From NCBI GenBank assembly GCA_041690395.1, contig JAWLHJ010000004.1:305365-369364 (forward strand): a DNA stretch of 64,000 bases, written 5' to 3'. Shown one piece after another: positions 31,668 to 42,116 of the stretch; position 1 is the stretch's first letter; the number at the start of each line of letters is the position of its first letter. The stretch comes from Longimicrobiales bacterium. Lineage in GTDB: Bacteria > Gemmatimonadota > Gemmatimonadetes > Longimicrobiales > Gaopeijiaceae. A model generated the notes under the pieces. That model saw only the letters and a list, made by a program, of their open reading frames with translations, searched no databases and was not told the DNA's origin. A program made the translations under genes and the position numbers.

Positions 31668-32512
31668 GCCGGATGTCCTGTCTCGGCACTGGACGATCGT
31701 CCATCCGGCCGCGCCGGCCCCCGCCCCTCCCACGGATCCACCTCGGGTACCGTCCACCGCGGCACCCGCGGCGGGAACACGTTGTACTTGAAGATCGCCC
31801 AGAGCGCCGACACCCCGTCCTTCCAGCCGATCTTCTTGCCCTCGGCGTAGGAGCGTCCGTGGTAGCTGATCGGGAGCTCGTAGATGCGGGCTCCGGCCTG
31901 GGCCAGGCGTGCGGTGAGCTCGGGCTCGATACCGAACCGGTTCGCGGACAGGGGGAGGCTCTGGAGGAGCTCCCGCCTGACCATTTTGTAGCACGTCTCC
32001 ATGTCGGTCAGGTTCAGGTCCGTGAACATGTTCGACATGAGGGTGAGCACGCGGTTCCCGATGGAGTGCCAGAAGAGGAGCACCCGGTGCGGGCCGCCGA
32101 GGAAGCGCGAGCCGTACACGGCATCGGCCTTGCCACTCAGAATGGGTTCGAGCAGGTAGGGGAGCTCGTACGGGTCGTACTCGAGGTCGGCGTCCTGCAC
32201 GACGACCACATCCCCCCTGGCGTGCTGGAAACCGGTCCGGAGCGCCGCCCCCTTCCCCTGGTTCCGCTCGTGCATGACGAGCCGGTCGATCAGACTCCCT
32301 TCGAGGGTCGGCAGGAGGTCACGCGTTCCGTCGGTGGAACCGTCGTCGACGACGATCACCTCGAGCCGGAGCGGGACCTCGCGGACTCGCTCCAGGAGCT
32401 GCTCGACGGTCTCCCTCTCGTTGAAGACCGGAATCACGACACTCACCCGCACGGAGTCCCATGCGAGCGGCTCGTGCGGAAGCGCGTCCGGACCTAGGGG
32501 TCTGCTATCCAT
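31664..32512 (-). CDS. GT2 glycosyltransferase, DPM1-like polyprenol-phosphate sugar synthase
   Basis: [63 protein letters not shown]. Confidence 0.9.
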   Translation of the reverse strand: MDSRPLGPDALPHEPLAWDSVRVSVVIPVFNERETVEQLLERVREVPLRLEVIVVDDGSTDGTRDLLPTLEGSLIDRLVMHERNQGKGAALRTGFQHARGDVVVVQDADLEYDPYELPYLLEPILSGKADAVYGSRFLGGPHRVLLFWHSIGNRVLTLMSNMFTDLNLTDMETCYKMVRRELLQSLPLSANRFGIEPELTARLAQAGARIYELPISYHGRSYAEGKKIGWKDGVSALWAIFKYNVFPPRVPRWTVPEVDPWEGRGPARPDGRSSSAETGHPA

Positions 32513-32583
32513 GGATGACTCGATCTCGTTCAGGGTCGGGGTCGGAGTCAGGCACGGCCGCGGGGGCCGGCGCTCGAGCGGCG

Positions 32584-33957
32584 TCAGTCGCCGACACCAT
32601 AGCGGTTGAGCTTACGGTACAGCGTGGACGGATCGATGCCCAGCACCTCGGCGGCGCGCGTCTTGTTCCCGCCCTCCGCCTGGAGCACCCAGAGGATGTA
32701 GGCCTGCTCGATCGTCTCCATGGTGGGATTCGCCGGTGCCTCGTCGTTCTGGACGAGCCTGGGCGTGGGACGCTCGCGCACCCGGGTCGGAAGCTCCTCG
32801 GGGCGGATCTTCTGCCCGGACACCACGACGGCGGCCCGCTCCAGCGCGTTCTGTAGCTCACGCACGTTGCCGGGCCAGTCGTACTCGGTCATCACGCGAA
32901 GCGCGTCCTCCGTGAGCTCCAGCGGCTTCTTCCGCTCCCGCTGCACCGCTTCCTGCTCCAGGAAGAACCTCGCCAGGAGGGGGATGTCGTCCTGACGCTG
33001 GCGGAGCGGCGGAAGATGGAGCTGGATGACGTTGAGCCGATAGTAGAGGTCGCTCCGGAACGCCCCCCGCTCGATCTCGGCCTCGAGGTCCCGGTTGGTG
33101 GCAGCCACGATCCGGACGTCCACGGGCACGGCTTTCGTCGCCCCGACGGGGATGACCTCCCGCTCCTGGATCGCGCGGAGGAGCTTCACCTGGATGGCTG
33201 GCGACATCTCGCCGATCTCGTCCATGAAGAACGTGCCGCCCTCGGCGGCCACCAGGAGCCCGTCCTTGTCCTTCACGGCGCCGGTGAACGACCCCTTCAC
33301 GTGACCGAACAGCTCGCTCTCGAGCAGGCTCTCCGGCAGCGCGCCGCAGTTGATGGAGAGGAACGCGTGGTCCGACCGGTGTGAGGTGGCGTGGATGTAG
33401 CGCGCCAGCACCTCCTTACCCGTGCCGCTCTCTCCCGAGATGAGCACGGTGGAGTCGGTCGTGGCGACGGTTTCCGCGAGCTCGATGACTTCCTCGAACG
33501 CCGGCGCCGACCCGATGGGACGCTCCGCCCGGCCCGCCGACCGCTCGCCGATCTCCTTCTTCAGGGCCCGGTTCTCGGCCTTCAGCTGCCGGGTCTCGAC
33601 GGCCCGCCCGCAGAGCGCCAGGAGCTCGTCGTTCGAGAACGGCTTCTGAAGGTAGTAGTAGGCGCCCTCGTTCACGGCCCGAACGGCCGACTGGAGCGAG
33701 GCCTGGGCCGTCATGAGGATCACCGGCAGCTCGGGGTCGATCTCGCGCGCGGCGGCGAGCACCTCGAGTCCGGTCTTGCCGGGCATGCGGATGTCCGTCA
33801 GCACGAGGTCCGGCTTCTCCGCCTCCAACGCGTCGATCGCCTTCTGCCCCGAATCGGCCACCGACACCCGGTACCCCTCCCCACGGAAGAGGACCTGGAG
33901 CGTGTCCAGGATCGACGTCTCGTCGTCCACCAGCAACAGCTTCGGTCCTTCGCTCAC
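32584..33957 (-). CDS. sigma54-dependent response regulator, PilR-like no. 1
   Basis: REC (VDDE, TDIRMP), [40 protein letters not shown] overlap with the kinase. Confidence 0.93.
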   Translation of the reverse strand: MSEGPKLLLVDDETSILDTLQVLFRGEGYRVSVADSGQKAIDALEAEKPDLVLTDIRMPGKTGLEVLAAAREIDPELPVILMTAQASLQSAVRAVNEGAYYYLQKPFSNDELLALCGRAVETRQLKAENRALKKEIGERSAGRAERPIGSAPAFEEVIELAETVATTDSTVLISGESGTGKEVLARYIHATSHRSDHAFLSINCGALPESLLESELFGHVKGSFTGAVKDKDGLLVAAEGGTFFMDEIGEMSPAIQVKLLRAIQEREVIPVGATKAVPVDVRIVAATNRDLEAEIERGAFRSDLYYRLNVIQLHLPPLRQRQDDIPLLARFFLEQEAVQRERKKPLELTEDALRVMTEYDWPGNVRELQNALERAAVVVSGQKIRPEELPTRVRERPTPRLVQNDEAPANPTMETIEQAYILWVLQAEGGNKTRAAEVLGIDPSTLYRKLNRYGVGD

Positions 33958-35624
33958 ACGCCGTCTCCCCATTCACCTTCCGGAATCCCCGGAAGGAAGA
34001 TCACGAATTGCGCTCCACCCTCGATGCCCCGCTCGACGAACACCACCCCAGAATGGGCCTCGACCGCCCGATGGACCAGCGCCAGCCCCAGCCCGCTCCC
34101 TCCCTTCCTCGTCGAGAAGAACGGGTCGAAGATACGCGCTTCGATCTCCGGCGGGATCCCGGGGCCGGAGTCGCGGACGGCGAGCCGGACCGGGTTTCGG
34201 ATGTTGACCCCCCTCGGCGTGTGCCGGTAGCGCTCGTCCTCCAGGGACACCACGACCTTTCCGTCGGGCCCGGCGTGCTGTGCCGCGTTCAGGACCAGAT
34301 TCAGGAGCGCCCGGTGCAGAAGGTCCGGGTCGCCCAGGACCGGGACGATGTCCTCGTCGACTTCCGTCTCGAGCGTGACGCCCTCCAGATCCGGGTGCTG
34401 CCTGGCCACCGCCACGCAGTCGAGCACCAGCGACCGGAGCTCGACCCTTTCCTTCGCGCCGAGCCGGACGCCCGAGTAATCGAGGAACTCCGACAGCAGA
34501 CGGCTCAGCCGGTCCGACTCGGTGATCACCAGCCGGCGCAGCAGGGCGCGGTCGTCGGGCCCGAGACGCTCGCCGCCGAGCTGCTCGATGGCGCTCCGGA
34601 TCGAAGCCAACGGGTTCTTGATCTCGTGCGCCAGCGAGGCGGACAGCGCGGCCACGGCCTCGAGGCGTTCCGTGCGCAGGTTCAGCTCGTCGATACGCTC
34701 GAGGTCGGTGACGTCCTCGAAGATGGCCGTCATGGACGGCGGCCGATCGTCCCCACGGTCGAGAAGCGCGGTGCTGATGCCGAGGCGCACGAGCTCGCTG
34801 CCGCGGTGCACGGTCGCCCGTGAGCGGGTGCGGGTGCGACGGTCGCCGAGGGCGCGAGCCAGCGTCTCACCCATCTCCGGAGACTCCTCCTGGATCGTAA
34901 GAAGCACGGGCTCCCCGAGGCGGTCGGCCAGATCCAGCCCGAGCAACGCCTCCGCGGCGGGGTTCACGTACACCAGCCGCCCGTCTCCGTCGAGTGTGAG
35001 CACTCCGGTCGAGAGGTGGGCGAGGATGTCGCTCGTGTCGAGCCGGAGCTGCTCGAGCTGCGACGCGACGACCCCGAGGGCCTGCCCGGCGCGCCTCAGC
35101 CGGTCTCCGAGCAGCCCGGTGATGAGGGCCACCATGGCGAACAGGCCGATCCGGAGCGCAACTTCGAGGGTGAACTCGCTCTGGTGGCCCCAGGCGAGAT
35201 CCGCGAAGTAAACGATGCTCGCGAGCGCACCGATCAGCACACCGCCGGGCAGCGGCAGCAGGAGGGCGCCCGCGCTGATGACCAGGATGTAGAGCGGAGC
35301 GAAGCTGCTCTCGGGCCCGCCGGTGACGTGGACCACTCCGGTGACGAGCAGGACGTCGAGCACGACCTGGCCGTACCGGAACGCCTCTCCGGGCTCGCGC
35401 CGCAGCAAGTGCGTGTACCAGAAGGAGGCGGCGGTCACGACCAGCGCCACGAGGAACATGACGGTCGCGACGAGGGTGTCCGCGGGCGCCGCGTCCGCCC
35501 AGGCGAACAGGGCTCCCGCCAGGATTCCGGACACGAGCGTGAGGCGCCCGACGTACAGCCACCGGAAGATGTCGGCTCGGAGGAACGCCTCCTCGGGCGC
35601 ACCCAGCCACGCCGCTCGCATCAT
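33954..35624 (-). CDS. PilS-like sensor kinase (about 6 TM, PAS, HisKA, HATPase)
   Basis: D...VTGVVHVTGG.ES.F..LY PilS-type membrane motif, PAS (VNPAAE), LAHEIKNPL, DSGPGI, GSGLGL. Confidence 0.88.
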   Translation of the reverse strand: MMRAAWLGAPEEAFLRADIFRWLYVGRLTLVSGILAGALFAWADAAPADTLVATVMFLVALVVTAASFWYTHLLRREPGEAFRYGQVVLDVLLVTGVVHVTGGPESSFAPLYILVISAGALLLPLPGGVLIGALASIVYFADLAWGHQSEFTLEVALRIGLFAMVALITGLLGDRLRRAGQALGVVASQLEQLRLDTSDILAHLSTGVLTLDGDGRLVYVNPAAEALLGLDLADRLGEPVLLTIQEESPEMGETLARALGDRRTRTRSRATVHRGSELVRLGISTALLDRGDDRPPSMTAIFEDVTDLERIDELNLRTERLEAVAALSASLAHEIKNPLASIRSAIEQLGGERLGPDDRALLRRLVITESDRLSRLLSEFLDYSGVRLGAKERVELRSLVLDCVAVARQHPDLEGVTLETEVDEDIVPVLGDPDLLHRALLNLVLNAAQHAGPDGKVVVSLEDERYRHTPRGVNIRNPVRLAVRDSGPGIPPEIEARIFDPFFSTRKGGSGLGLALVHRAVEAHSGVVFVERGIEGGAQFVIFLPGIPEGEWGDGV

Positions 35625-36259
35625 GGGCGCGGGATCTCGCGGAACACTCCGGGGAGCATGTATCCGCTCCCCCCCAGCCGACCGACCGGTCGGAGTCGCT
35701 CGGGATCGATGCCGTATCCGTCGGGAGGCGTGAGCTCCGGGTCGAGCAGGATGCCGACGACCTCGGCGATGATCAGGGTGTTCCTGGAGCCGGTGAGATC
35801 CACTTCCTTGCGGACCTCACATTCGAGCACGGCCGGGCACCCCGCGACATAAGGAGCGTTCACGCGGCCGGACGGCACCGCTTCCAACCCGGCCAGCGCG
35901 AACTCGTCCACGCCGGGCGCGACCTCGGCCGACGTCGCGTTCATGGCTTCGAGCTGTGACTCGGTCACCACGTTCACGCAGAGCGCGCCGGTGGCCCGAA
36001 CGTTGACCAGGGTATCCTTCGGATGGTCACCTCTCGATCCGATCGAGATGCCGACCAACGCCGGGGTCGCGGACAGGGCCGCATAGTAGCTGAAGGGCGC
36101 CAGGTTCGCCGAGCCCGCCTCGTTCCAGGTCGATGCCCACCCGATCGGGCGGGGCACGACGAGTGACGTGAGCAGGCGGTAGCGGTCGCGGCCGGAGAGG
36201 TCGCCCGGGCCGATGGCTACCGGCGGCTCGGACGCCGCCGGACCACCGTGTTCAGCCAC
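35621..36259 (-). CDS. Flavin reductase-like FMN-binding protein
   Basis: VVPRPIGWAST, NLAPFS, KDTL.N, GRLGG..Y. Confidence 0.9.
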   Translation of the reverse strand: MAEHGGPAASEPPVAIGPGDLSGRDRYRLLTSLVVPRPIGWASTWNEAGSANLAPFSYYAALSATPALVGISIGSRGDHPKDTLVNVRATGALCVNVVTESQLEAMNATSAEVAPGVDEFALAGLEAVPSGRVNAPYVAGCPAVLECEVRKEVDLTGSRNTLIIAEVVGILLDPELTPPDGYGIDPERLRPVGRLGGSGYMLPGVFREIPRP

Positions 36260-36989
36260 CGAGGGGCACGTCGATCACCTGGCCGGCATAGATGCTGTTG
36301 CCGTCGATTCCGTTGACGGCCTTGATCTCGTCGACGGTCGTCCCGTGCTGACGAGCGATCTCCCAGAGCGAATCGCCCGGCTCGATGGTGTAGGCGAAGC
36401 GGTCGGCCATGCGCGTCGTCTCACGGGCCAGCAGGTTGCCGACATACGAGGCGTACTGCTGCGGGAAGAGCGCGACGTGATAGTGGCGCGGATACCGCTC
36501 GAGGGTCACGTCGAGCACCCCGCCCCGCTCGAGACTCAGCAGGACGTCCTCCAACCAGGCCCGGCAACGGCGGTCTCCGCTGTAACGGAGGTCGATGGCC
36601 ATCCCGGTCGGATGGACCGAGCGGGCGGAGGCGTTGCGGGGCTGGCGCGTGCTCGGACGGGTCAGGCTCGTGACGACGAGCTGCTCGCCGCACGCCGCGC
36701 GGTACTGCCGGCCGAGGCGCTCGAGGAACAGCGCGACCTCGGGCCGAGCATACGGGAACGACACCGCGTGGAGCGTGAAATCCTCGGTCGGGCGCACAGG
36801 CACGAGCCAACCCTGCTCCGCGAAGTACCGGACGCGGTCGGCCGTGTCGATGTAGCTGTAGTCGTGCGCGCGGGCCATCCGGTTCTGGATGTCGAGCGAC
36901 CTGGGGGAACCGCGCAATGACTGGGCCTCCGCCAGTCCCGGAGCGAAGCCCACGAGGAAGAGCGTCAGCGCGGCGGAAATCCTTCTCAT
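36252..36989 (-). CDS. Secreted DUF5715/peptidase-M15-like protein with C-terminal LysM
   Basis: Signal peptide (AEA|Q), VTSLTR, SVHPTGMAID (HxxxxxxD), HYH, LysM Y.I.PGDSLWEIARQHGTTV..I..VN. Confidence 0.8.
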   Translation of the reverse strand: MRRISAALTLFLVGFAPGLAEAQSLRGSPRSLDIQNRMARAHDYSYIDTADRVRYFAEQGWLVPVRPTEDFTLHAVSFPYARPEVALFLERLGRQYRAACGEQLVVTSLTRPSTRQPRNASARSVHPTGMAIDLRYSGDRRCRAWLEDVLLSLERGGVLDVTLERYPRHYHVALFPQQYASYVGNLLARETTRMADRFAYTIEPGDSLWEIARQHGTTVDEIKAVNGIDGNSIYAGQVIDVPLGG

Positions 36990-37055
36990 CGCACCCATCG
37001 AGAAACGTAGCGTTGAAGGGTCGGCGTGCATGCGGCTCGGTTGGAGCCACAGTTA

Positions 37056-37069
37056 TAAACATATGTTTA
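37056..37069. promoter_or_regulatory. Perfect 14-bp AT-rich palindrome, candidate operator
   Basis: TAAACATATGTTTA, about 70 nt upstream of the LysM peptidase start. Confidence 0.55.
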
Positions 37070-37092
37070 GCGCGCCGCAAGCGATGTCTTCA

Positions 37093-37146
37093 GGGGGCTG
37101 CCCGCGCCCCCGGCGCGACGGGGGCCGACCGGGGGCGGGGAGCTCC
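37093..37146 (-). terminator. GC hairpin after sod
   Basis: GCCCCCGG/CCGGGGGC core with flanking pairing, just past the sod stop. Confidence 0.45.
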
Positions 37147-37154
37147 GGGTGGGA

Positions 37155-37775
37155 TCAGCCGCGAGCGTCCGCGTACCTTTTCCCTACCACGTCCCAGTTC
37201 ACGACGTTCCACCACGCGCTGAGGTAGTCGGGGCGTCGGTTCTGGTAGTGGAGGTAATACGCATGCTCCCAGACATCGACCCCGAGGATCGGCTGGAGGC
37301 CCTGCGACAGAGGCGAGTCCTGATTCGCGGTCGACAGCACCCTGAGGCCGCCGTTCCCGTCCACGGCGAGCCAGCCCCAGCCGGATCCGAACTGCCCGCC
37401 GGCCGCACCCTGGAGCTTCTCCTTGAAGTCGTCGAACGACCCGAAGGCCCCGTCGATGGCCTTCGCGAGGTCGCCGCCGGGCTTCTTCGCGCCACCAGGA
37501 CGCATGATGTCCCAGAAGAGCGCATGGTTCACGTATCCACCACCGTTGTTCCGAACCGCGGTGCGGATCGCTTCCGGCAGTGCCGCGAGGTCGGACACGA
37601 GCGCCTCGGCGGACTTCCCGTGGAGATCCGGATGCCCCTCGAGCGCGCTATTCAGCTTGCTCGTGTAGCCGGCGTGGTGCTTGCCGTGGTGAATTTCCAT
37701 CGTGCGCGCGTCGATGTGCGGCTCGAGCGCGTCGAATGCGTATCCGAGCTCGGGCAGCGCGAATGGGTAGCCCAT
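37155..37775 (-). CDS. sodA: Superoxide dismutase, probably Mn-type
   Basis: HHGKHH, NNGGG..NH (Mn-type GG), [16 protein letters not shown]. Confidence 0.93.
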   Translation of the reverse strand: MGYPFALPELGYAFDALEPHIDARTMEIHHGKHHAGYTSKLNSALEGHPDLHGKSAEALVSDLAALPEAIRTAVRNNGGGYVNHALFWDIMRPGGAKKPGGDLAKAIDGAFGSFDDFKEKLQGAAGGQFGSGWGWLAVDGNGGLRVLSTANQDSPLSQGLQPILGVDVWEHAYYLHYQNRRPDYLSAWWNVVNWDVVGKRYADARG

Positions 37776-37863
37776 AGAGCGTGACTCCTTGTATGGATCG
37801 TCAAGCAGGATTCGAACGGGCCACGGGACCCCGCGGACATGCCACCGTAGGGGGCCGTCCGCT

Positions 37864-39282
37864 ATGTTGGTCGCGCGGGCCGCAGACCTGGATCTTACCC
37901 CGCTGGACGGCTTACGGCAAACCGAGGCGCAACCGATCGACACCTCCCCGAACCCCAAGCAACCCGCGGCGTCCCGGGGATCGACGCGCCGGATTCTGCA
38001 CGTCGATTGCGACGCCTTCTTCGTCCAGGTGGCGCGGCTCGAGGACCCCGAGGGAGCCGGGAAGGCCAGCCTCCTCATCGTGGGCGGGTCGCCTTCCGGC
38101 CGCGGGGTGGTCACGTCGGCCTCGTACGAGGCGCGCGCGTACGGGGTCCGGTCGGCCATGCCGACCGGGCAGGCCCTCCGGCTCTGTCCGAACGCCACCG
38201 TCGTGTCGGTCCCGCGCGGCGCCGTGGGCACCAGGAGCCGATCGGTCCGGCACGCGCTCGAGGATCTGGCTCCCGTGGTCGAGGCCGCTTCCGTCGACGA
38301 GTTCTACCTGGATCTGACCGGGACCGAGCGCCTCTTCAAGGGCGAGTCGTTGACGGACACGGCCGACCGCATCCGGCGCACCGTCCTGGAGCGCACCGAG
38401 ATCTCGACCTCGGTGGGCGGTGGCTCCAACCGCCTGATCGCGAAGCTCGCCACGTCCCGGGCCAAGCCCGCCGGCGTGCACATCGTCGCGGCGGGCGCGG
38501 AGGCCGCGTTCATGGCGGAGCTCGAGTTGGGCGCCATCCCGGGCGTCGGCCCCGCGCTCCTCGCCGAGCTCGAGAAGCGCGGCCTGCGCACGGTCCGTCA
38601 GGCGCTCGACGTCGGGCCCGAGTGGCTCGAGCGGTGGCTCGGAGCTTCGCGCGGCGCCTGGCTCCACGCTCGTCTCCAGGGCATCGGGAACGACGAGGTC
38701 GACCCGGAGCGCGAGCGGAAGTCCATTTCGTCGGAGCGGACGTTCCACAGGGACATCGACGAAGACGAAGCGCTGGAGTTGTGGCTCCTCAGGCTCGTCG
38801 AGAGCCTTGGGCACACGCTCCGGGAGAAGGGCCTCAGAACCCGCACGGTGACCGTCAAGCTGAAGGACTTCGACTTTCGCGTCCGCTCGCGCGCGCACAC
38901 GCTACCCGAGCCCGTAGAGTCGGACCGAGCCATCCGCGACACCGCCCACCCCCTGCTCCGCGACCTGCGACGCGACCGGCCCGTTCCGGCCCGCCTCCTC
39001 GGGGTCGGGCTAGGCGGGCTCGAGGCCGGTGACGGCCCCCGGCAGCTCGCCCTCTTCGACGAGGTCGCGGGTCCCGGAGAAACCGACCGCGAGCGGGAGC
39101 TCTCGCGTGCCGTGGACCGGGTGAGGGAACGCTTCGGGCGCGACGCCGTGGCCGCCGCGCGACTGGCCGCGAGCACGAGGACACGGCGTGAGCGCGACTC
39201 CGAGGACCCACCACCTCCCGCCGGCGAAAGGCAGGGCTCCAGCAACGAAGGCGAACGACCGGGAGAACGCACCGATGGATGA
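37864..39282 (+). CDS. dinB: DNA polymerase IV
   Basis: [50 protein letters not shown], clamp motif QLALF; start uncertain. Confidence 0.93.
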   Translation: MLVARAADLDLTPLDGLRQTEAQPIDTSPNPKQPAASRGSTRRILHVDCDAFFVQVARLEDPEGAGKASLLIVGGSPSGRGVVTSASYEARAYGVRSAMPTGQALRLCPNATVVSVPRGAVGTRSRSVRHALEDLAPVVEAASVDEFYLDLTGTERLFKGESLTDTADRIRRTVLERTEISTSVGGGSNRLIAKLATSRAKPAGVHIVAAGAEAAFMAELELGAIPGVGPALLAELEKRGLRTVRQALDVGPEWLERWLGASRGAWLHARLQGIGNDEVDPERERKSISSERTFHRDIDEDEALELWLLRLVESLGHTLREKGLRTRTVTVKLKDFDFRVRSRAHTLPEPVESDRAIRDTAHPLLRDLRRDRPVPARLLGVGLGGLEAGDGPRQLALFDEVAGPGETDRERELSRAVDRVRERFGRDAVAAARLAASTRTRRERDSEDPPPPAGERQGSSNEGERPGERTDG

Positions 39283-40099
39283 CGACCGCATCCGATACCT
39301 CGACCACATCTGGCCCGCGGACCGAGCCCCGGTCCTGATCGGCATGGTCCACCTCGCGCCCCTCCCCGGCGCGCCCCGGTCGAGGGATGCGCTCGCCGAC
39401 GTCACGCGTCGGGCCGTGGCCGACGCCGCGGCTCTGGAGCGCGCCGGGTTCGACGGACTCATCGTCGAGAACTACGGAGACGTCCCCTTCCACCCGGGCG
39501 AGGTGCCTCCGGTGACGGTCGCGGCCATGACGCGCATCGTGTCCGCGGTTCTCGACGTAGTGTCGGTCCCGGTCGGCGTGAACGTGCTCCGCAACGACGC
39601 CGGGGCCGCCCTCTCCATCGCGGCCGCCACGGGCGCGGCGTTCGTACGGGTGAACGTCCATTCCGGATCCATGTGGACGGACCAGGGGCTCCTCACCGGC
39701 GCGGCCCATGACACGCTCAGGCTACGCGCGGCGCTCGGCACGGACACGGCGATTCTCGCGGACGTGCACGTCAAGCACGCCGTGCCCCCACCCGGCACGA
39801 CCATCGATCAGGCCGCCGCCGACGCCTGGCACCGCGGCCTCGCCGACGGCCTGATCGTGTCCGGCTCGGGCACGGGCCTCCAGACCGACCACCGTGACGT
39901 CGAGGCGGTCGCCGGAGCCGTGCCCGACGCGCCGGTCTTCCTCGGGAGCGGGGTGACAGCGGAGACGGCCGGCACGCTCCCCACGGCCGCTCGAGGCGCG
40001 ATCGTGGGGACCGCCGTCATGCACGGGGGCGTTGCCGGCTCAGGCGTCGACGAAGGCCGGGCCGAGGCGCTCGTACGTGCCGCTCACCCGGCGCGCTGA
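39275..40099 (+). CDS. BtpA/SgcQ family TIM-barrel protein
   Basis: IGMVHLAPLPGAP, VENYGDVPF, GVNVLRND, ADVHVKHA, VSG.GTG, GSGVT. Confidence 0.92.
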   Translation: MDDDRIRYLDHIWPADRAPVLIGMVHLAPLPGAPRSRDALADVTRRAVADAAALERAGFDGLIVENYGDVPFHPGEVPPVTVAAMTRIVSAVLDVVSVPVGVNVLRNDAGAALSIAAATGAAFVRVNVHSGSMWTDQGLLTGAAHDTLRLRAALGTDTAILADVHVKHAVPPPGTTIDQAAADAWHRGLADGLIVSGSGTGLQTDHRDVEAVAGAVPDAPVFLGSGVTAETAGTLPTAARGAIVGTAVMHGGVAGSGVDEGRAEALVRAAHPAR

Positions 40100-40166
40100 C
40101 TGCGCCTGCGCCACGCCCGCTGCCCATTCGTACGCCCTCAGGCTTCTCCCGAGCACAGCGCTGGTA

Positions 40167-41927
40167 TCAGCGCGCCCCTCTCGCCGCCGCCTTCGCCGCC
40201 TTCCGCTTCTCCCCTAGCGCGAGCCAGGGCTTACGCTCGAAGTAGCTGTTCGTCTCCTCGACCACCTTCGGCGCGAGCAGGATGAGCGCCAGCAGGTTCG
40301 GAATGATCACGATGGCGAGCGCTACGTCACCGAGTGCCCAGACGACGGCGAGCGGCACCACCGCGCCGAAGTAGTGCATGAGCACGAAGATCAGCTTGTA
40401 CGGCAGTACGGCCCCACCCCCGAACAGATAGTTCGCGCAGCGGTCCCCGTAGTAGCTCCAGGCGATCGAGGTCGAGACCGCGAAGAGCAGCACCGCGACC
40501 AGCACGATGTAGTGCCCCCAGTCGCCCAACGGTGACAGACCCGTGCGGAAGGCGTTCATGGTCATGGGCGCACCGTTCTCCACCGCGTCTCCGTACAGCG
40601 CCGTGTAGCGCGTCCCGTCCTCGGCCACGGCGAAGCCTCCTTCGGTCCCCCGTCGCGGATAGACGACGCCCTCGAACGGCACGGTCTGCCCGGGATCGAC
40701 ATAGAGCTCCTCGACCATGGCTTCGCGCCAGGAAACGAGCGGAGCGCCCGGCCCCACGTCCGCGTGGCGCCCGTCGACGATGACGAGCTCCTCCGGGGGC
40801 TCGACGAAGGTGTACCGGTTCTCCTCCGCGAGCGCCGAGTAGACGATGTCGCCCCGGTCGAGCGTGATCTCGGTCGGGAAGCGCGCGGTATGCGCGTTCG
40901 TCATGATGATGACGAGCCCCGTCATGGAGCAGATCACGATGGTGTCGATGAAGGGCTCGAGGAGGGCGACCACGCCCTCCGACACCGGCTCCTCGGTCTT
41001 CGCCGCCGCGTGCGCGATCGGCGCCGAGCCCTGACCCGCCTCGTTGCTGAACAAGCCGCGCCGAACGCCCCACATAAGCGTCACGACGAAGGCGCCCGCA
41101 CCCATGCCCGCCACGCCGGCCGTCGGGTTGAAGGCCTCGCGGAAGATGATGAGGATGGCCGGCACCAGCTGGTCGAGGTTGAGCCCGATGATCGTGAGCG
41201 CGCCGGCCACGTAGATCGCCGCCATCAGGGGCGCCAGGAACGCGGTGACCTTCCCGATGCGCTTGATGCCCCCGAGGATGACGCCACCCACCACGGCCGC
41301 GGTGACGAGCCCGGTGGCCCAGGGCGGGAACGCGAAGGTCGACTGCATCGTATCCGCGACGGTGTTCGCCTGCACCGCGTTTCCGGTCAGGAACGCCGTG
41401 AAGCCGAGCATGACCGCGAAGAAGACCGCCAGCGGCTTCCAGGCCGGGCCGAGCCCCCGCTCGATGTAGTACATCGGGCCGCCCGCGACGGCGCCTTCCC
41501 ACTTCTTCTCCCCGGCCGAGGTGTCCACCTGTCGGAAGCGTTGCGCGAGCGTCACCTCGGAGAACTTGGTCGCCATGCCGACGAACGCCGTGACCCACAT
41601 CCAGAAGAGCGCGCCGGGACCGCCCCAGTGGATCGCGATCGCCACGCCGGCGATGTTGCCGATCCCGACCGTGGCCGAAAGCGCCGTGGTGAGGGCCTGG
41701 AAGTGCGAGACGTCACCCGGATCGTCCGGATCGTCGTACTTCCCCGTCGTGACCGCGAAGCCGTGGGCCAACCGCCGCAGCTGTATGAAGCCGGTGCGGA
41801 CCGTGAGATAGAAGCCCGTTCCGAGCAGAAGGATCACCATGAACGGGATGTTCTCCCCGCCGATGGAGATGCCGATCTCGATCACGTAGGTGTTCAGGAA
41901 ATCGACGACGCTCTGCAGCCAGGTCAT
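40167..41927 (-). CDS. Alanine/glycine:cation symporter (AGCS)
   Basis: SHFQAL.TALSATVGIGNIAGVA, GGPGALFWMW, GGPMYYI, RGLFSNEAGQGSAPIAH, FIDT. Confidence 0.95.
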   Translation of the reverse strand: MTWLQSVVDFLNTYVIEIGISIGGENIPFMVILLLGTGFYLTVRTGFIQLRRLAHGFAVTTGKYDDPDDPGDVSHFQALTTALSATVGIGNIAGVAIAIHWGGPGALFWMWVTAFVGMATKFSEVTLAQRFRQVDTSAGEKKWEGAVAGGPMYYIERGLGPAWKPLAVFFAVMLGFTAFLTGNAVQANTVADTMQSTFAFPPWATGLVTAAVVGGVILGGIKRIGKVTAFLAPLMAAIYVAGALTIIGLNLDQLVPAILIIFREAFNPTAGVAGMGAGAFVVTLMWGVRRGLFSNEAGQGSAPIAHAAAKTEEPVSEGVVALLEPFIDTIVICSMTGLVIIMTNAHTARFPTEITLDRGDIVYSALAEENRYTFVEPPEELVIVDGRHADVGPGAPLVSWREAMVEELYVDPGQTVPFEGVVYPRRGTEGGFAVAEDGTRYTALYGDAVENGAPMTMNAFRTGLSPLGDWGHYIVLVAVLLFAVSTSIAWSYYGDRCANYLFGGGAVLPYKLIFVLMHYFGAVVPLAVVWALGDVALAIVIIPNLLALILLAPKVVEETNSYFERKPWLALGEKRKAAKAAARGAR

Positions 41928-42034
41928 GGACGCGTCCGAGTTGGAGCCAGGGAGTCACTCGCGATCCGCCCGCTTTCCCGCGGAGGCCCGCTTCCGGCCC
42001 GCGAGAGCGGGGCCCGGATTCGAAGGGACGAACA

Positions 42035-42079
42035 ATGCCCCCGTCCCGCGCTCCGGGCAAGGAAGCGGGACGGGGGCAT
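42035..42079 (-). terminator. Hairpin after the desaturase
   Basis: Perfect 15-bp stem ATGCCCCCGTCCCGC/GCGGGACGGGGGCAT followed by TGTT on the minus strand. Confidence 0.65.
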
Positions 42080-42116
42080 CGGGACTACTGCGGCTCCGAG
42101 TGGAGCCGGTCAGCGG

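Noticed and set aside
37776..37863. LexA box upstream of dinB
   Set aside because: No CTGT-N8-ACAG, GAAC-N4-GTTC or GTTC-N7-GTTC match seen
41928..42116. Glycine riboswitch upstream of the AGCS symporter
   Set aside because: No GGAGA/CCGAAG/CTCTCAGG aptamer elements on the minus strand; only a terminator-like hairpin
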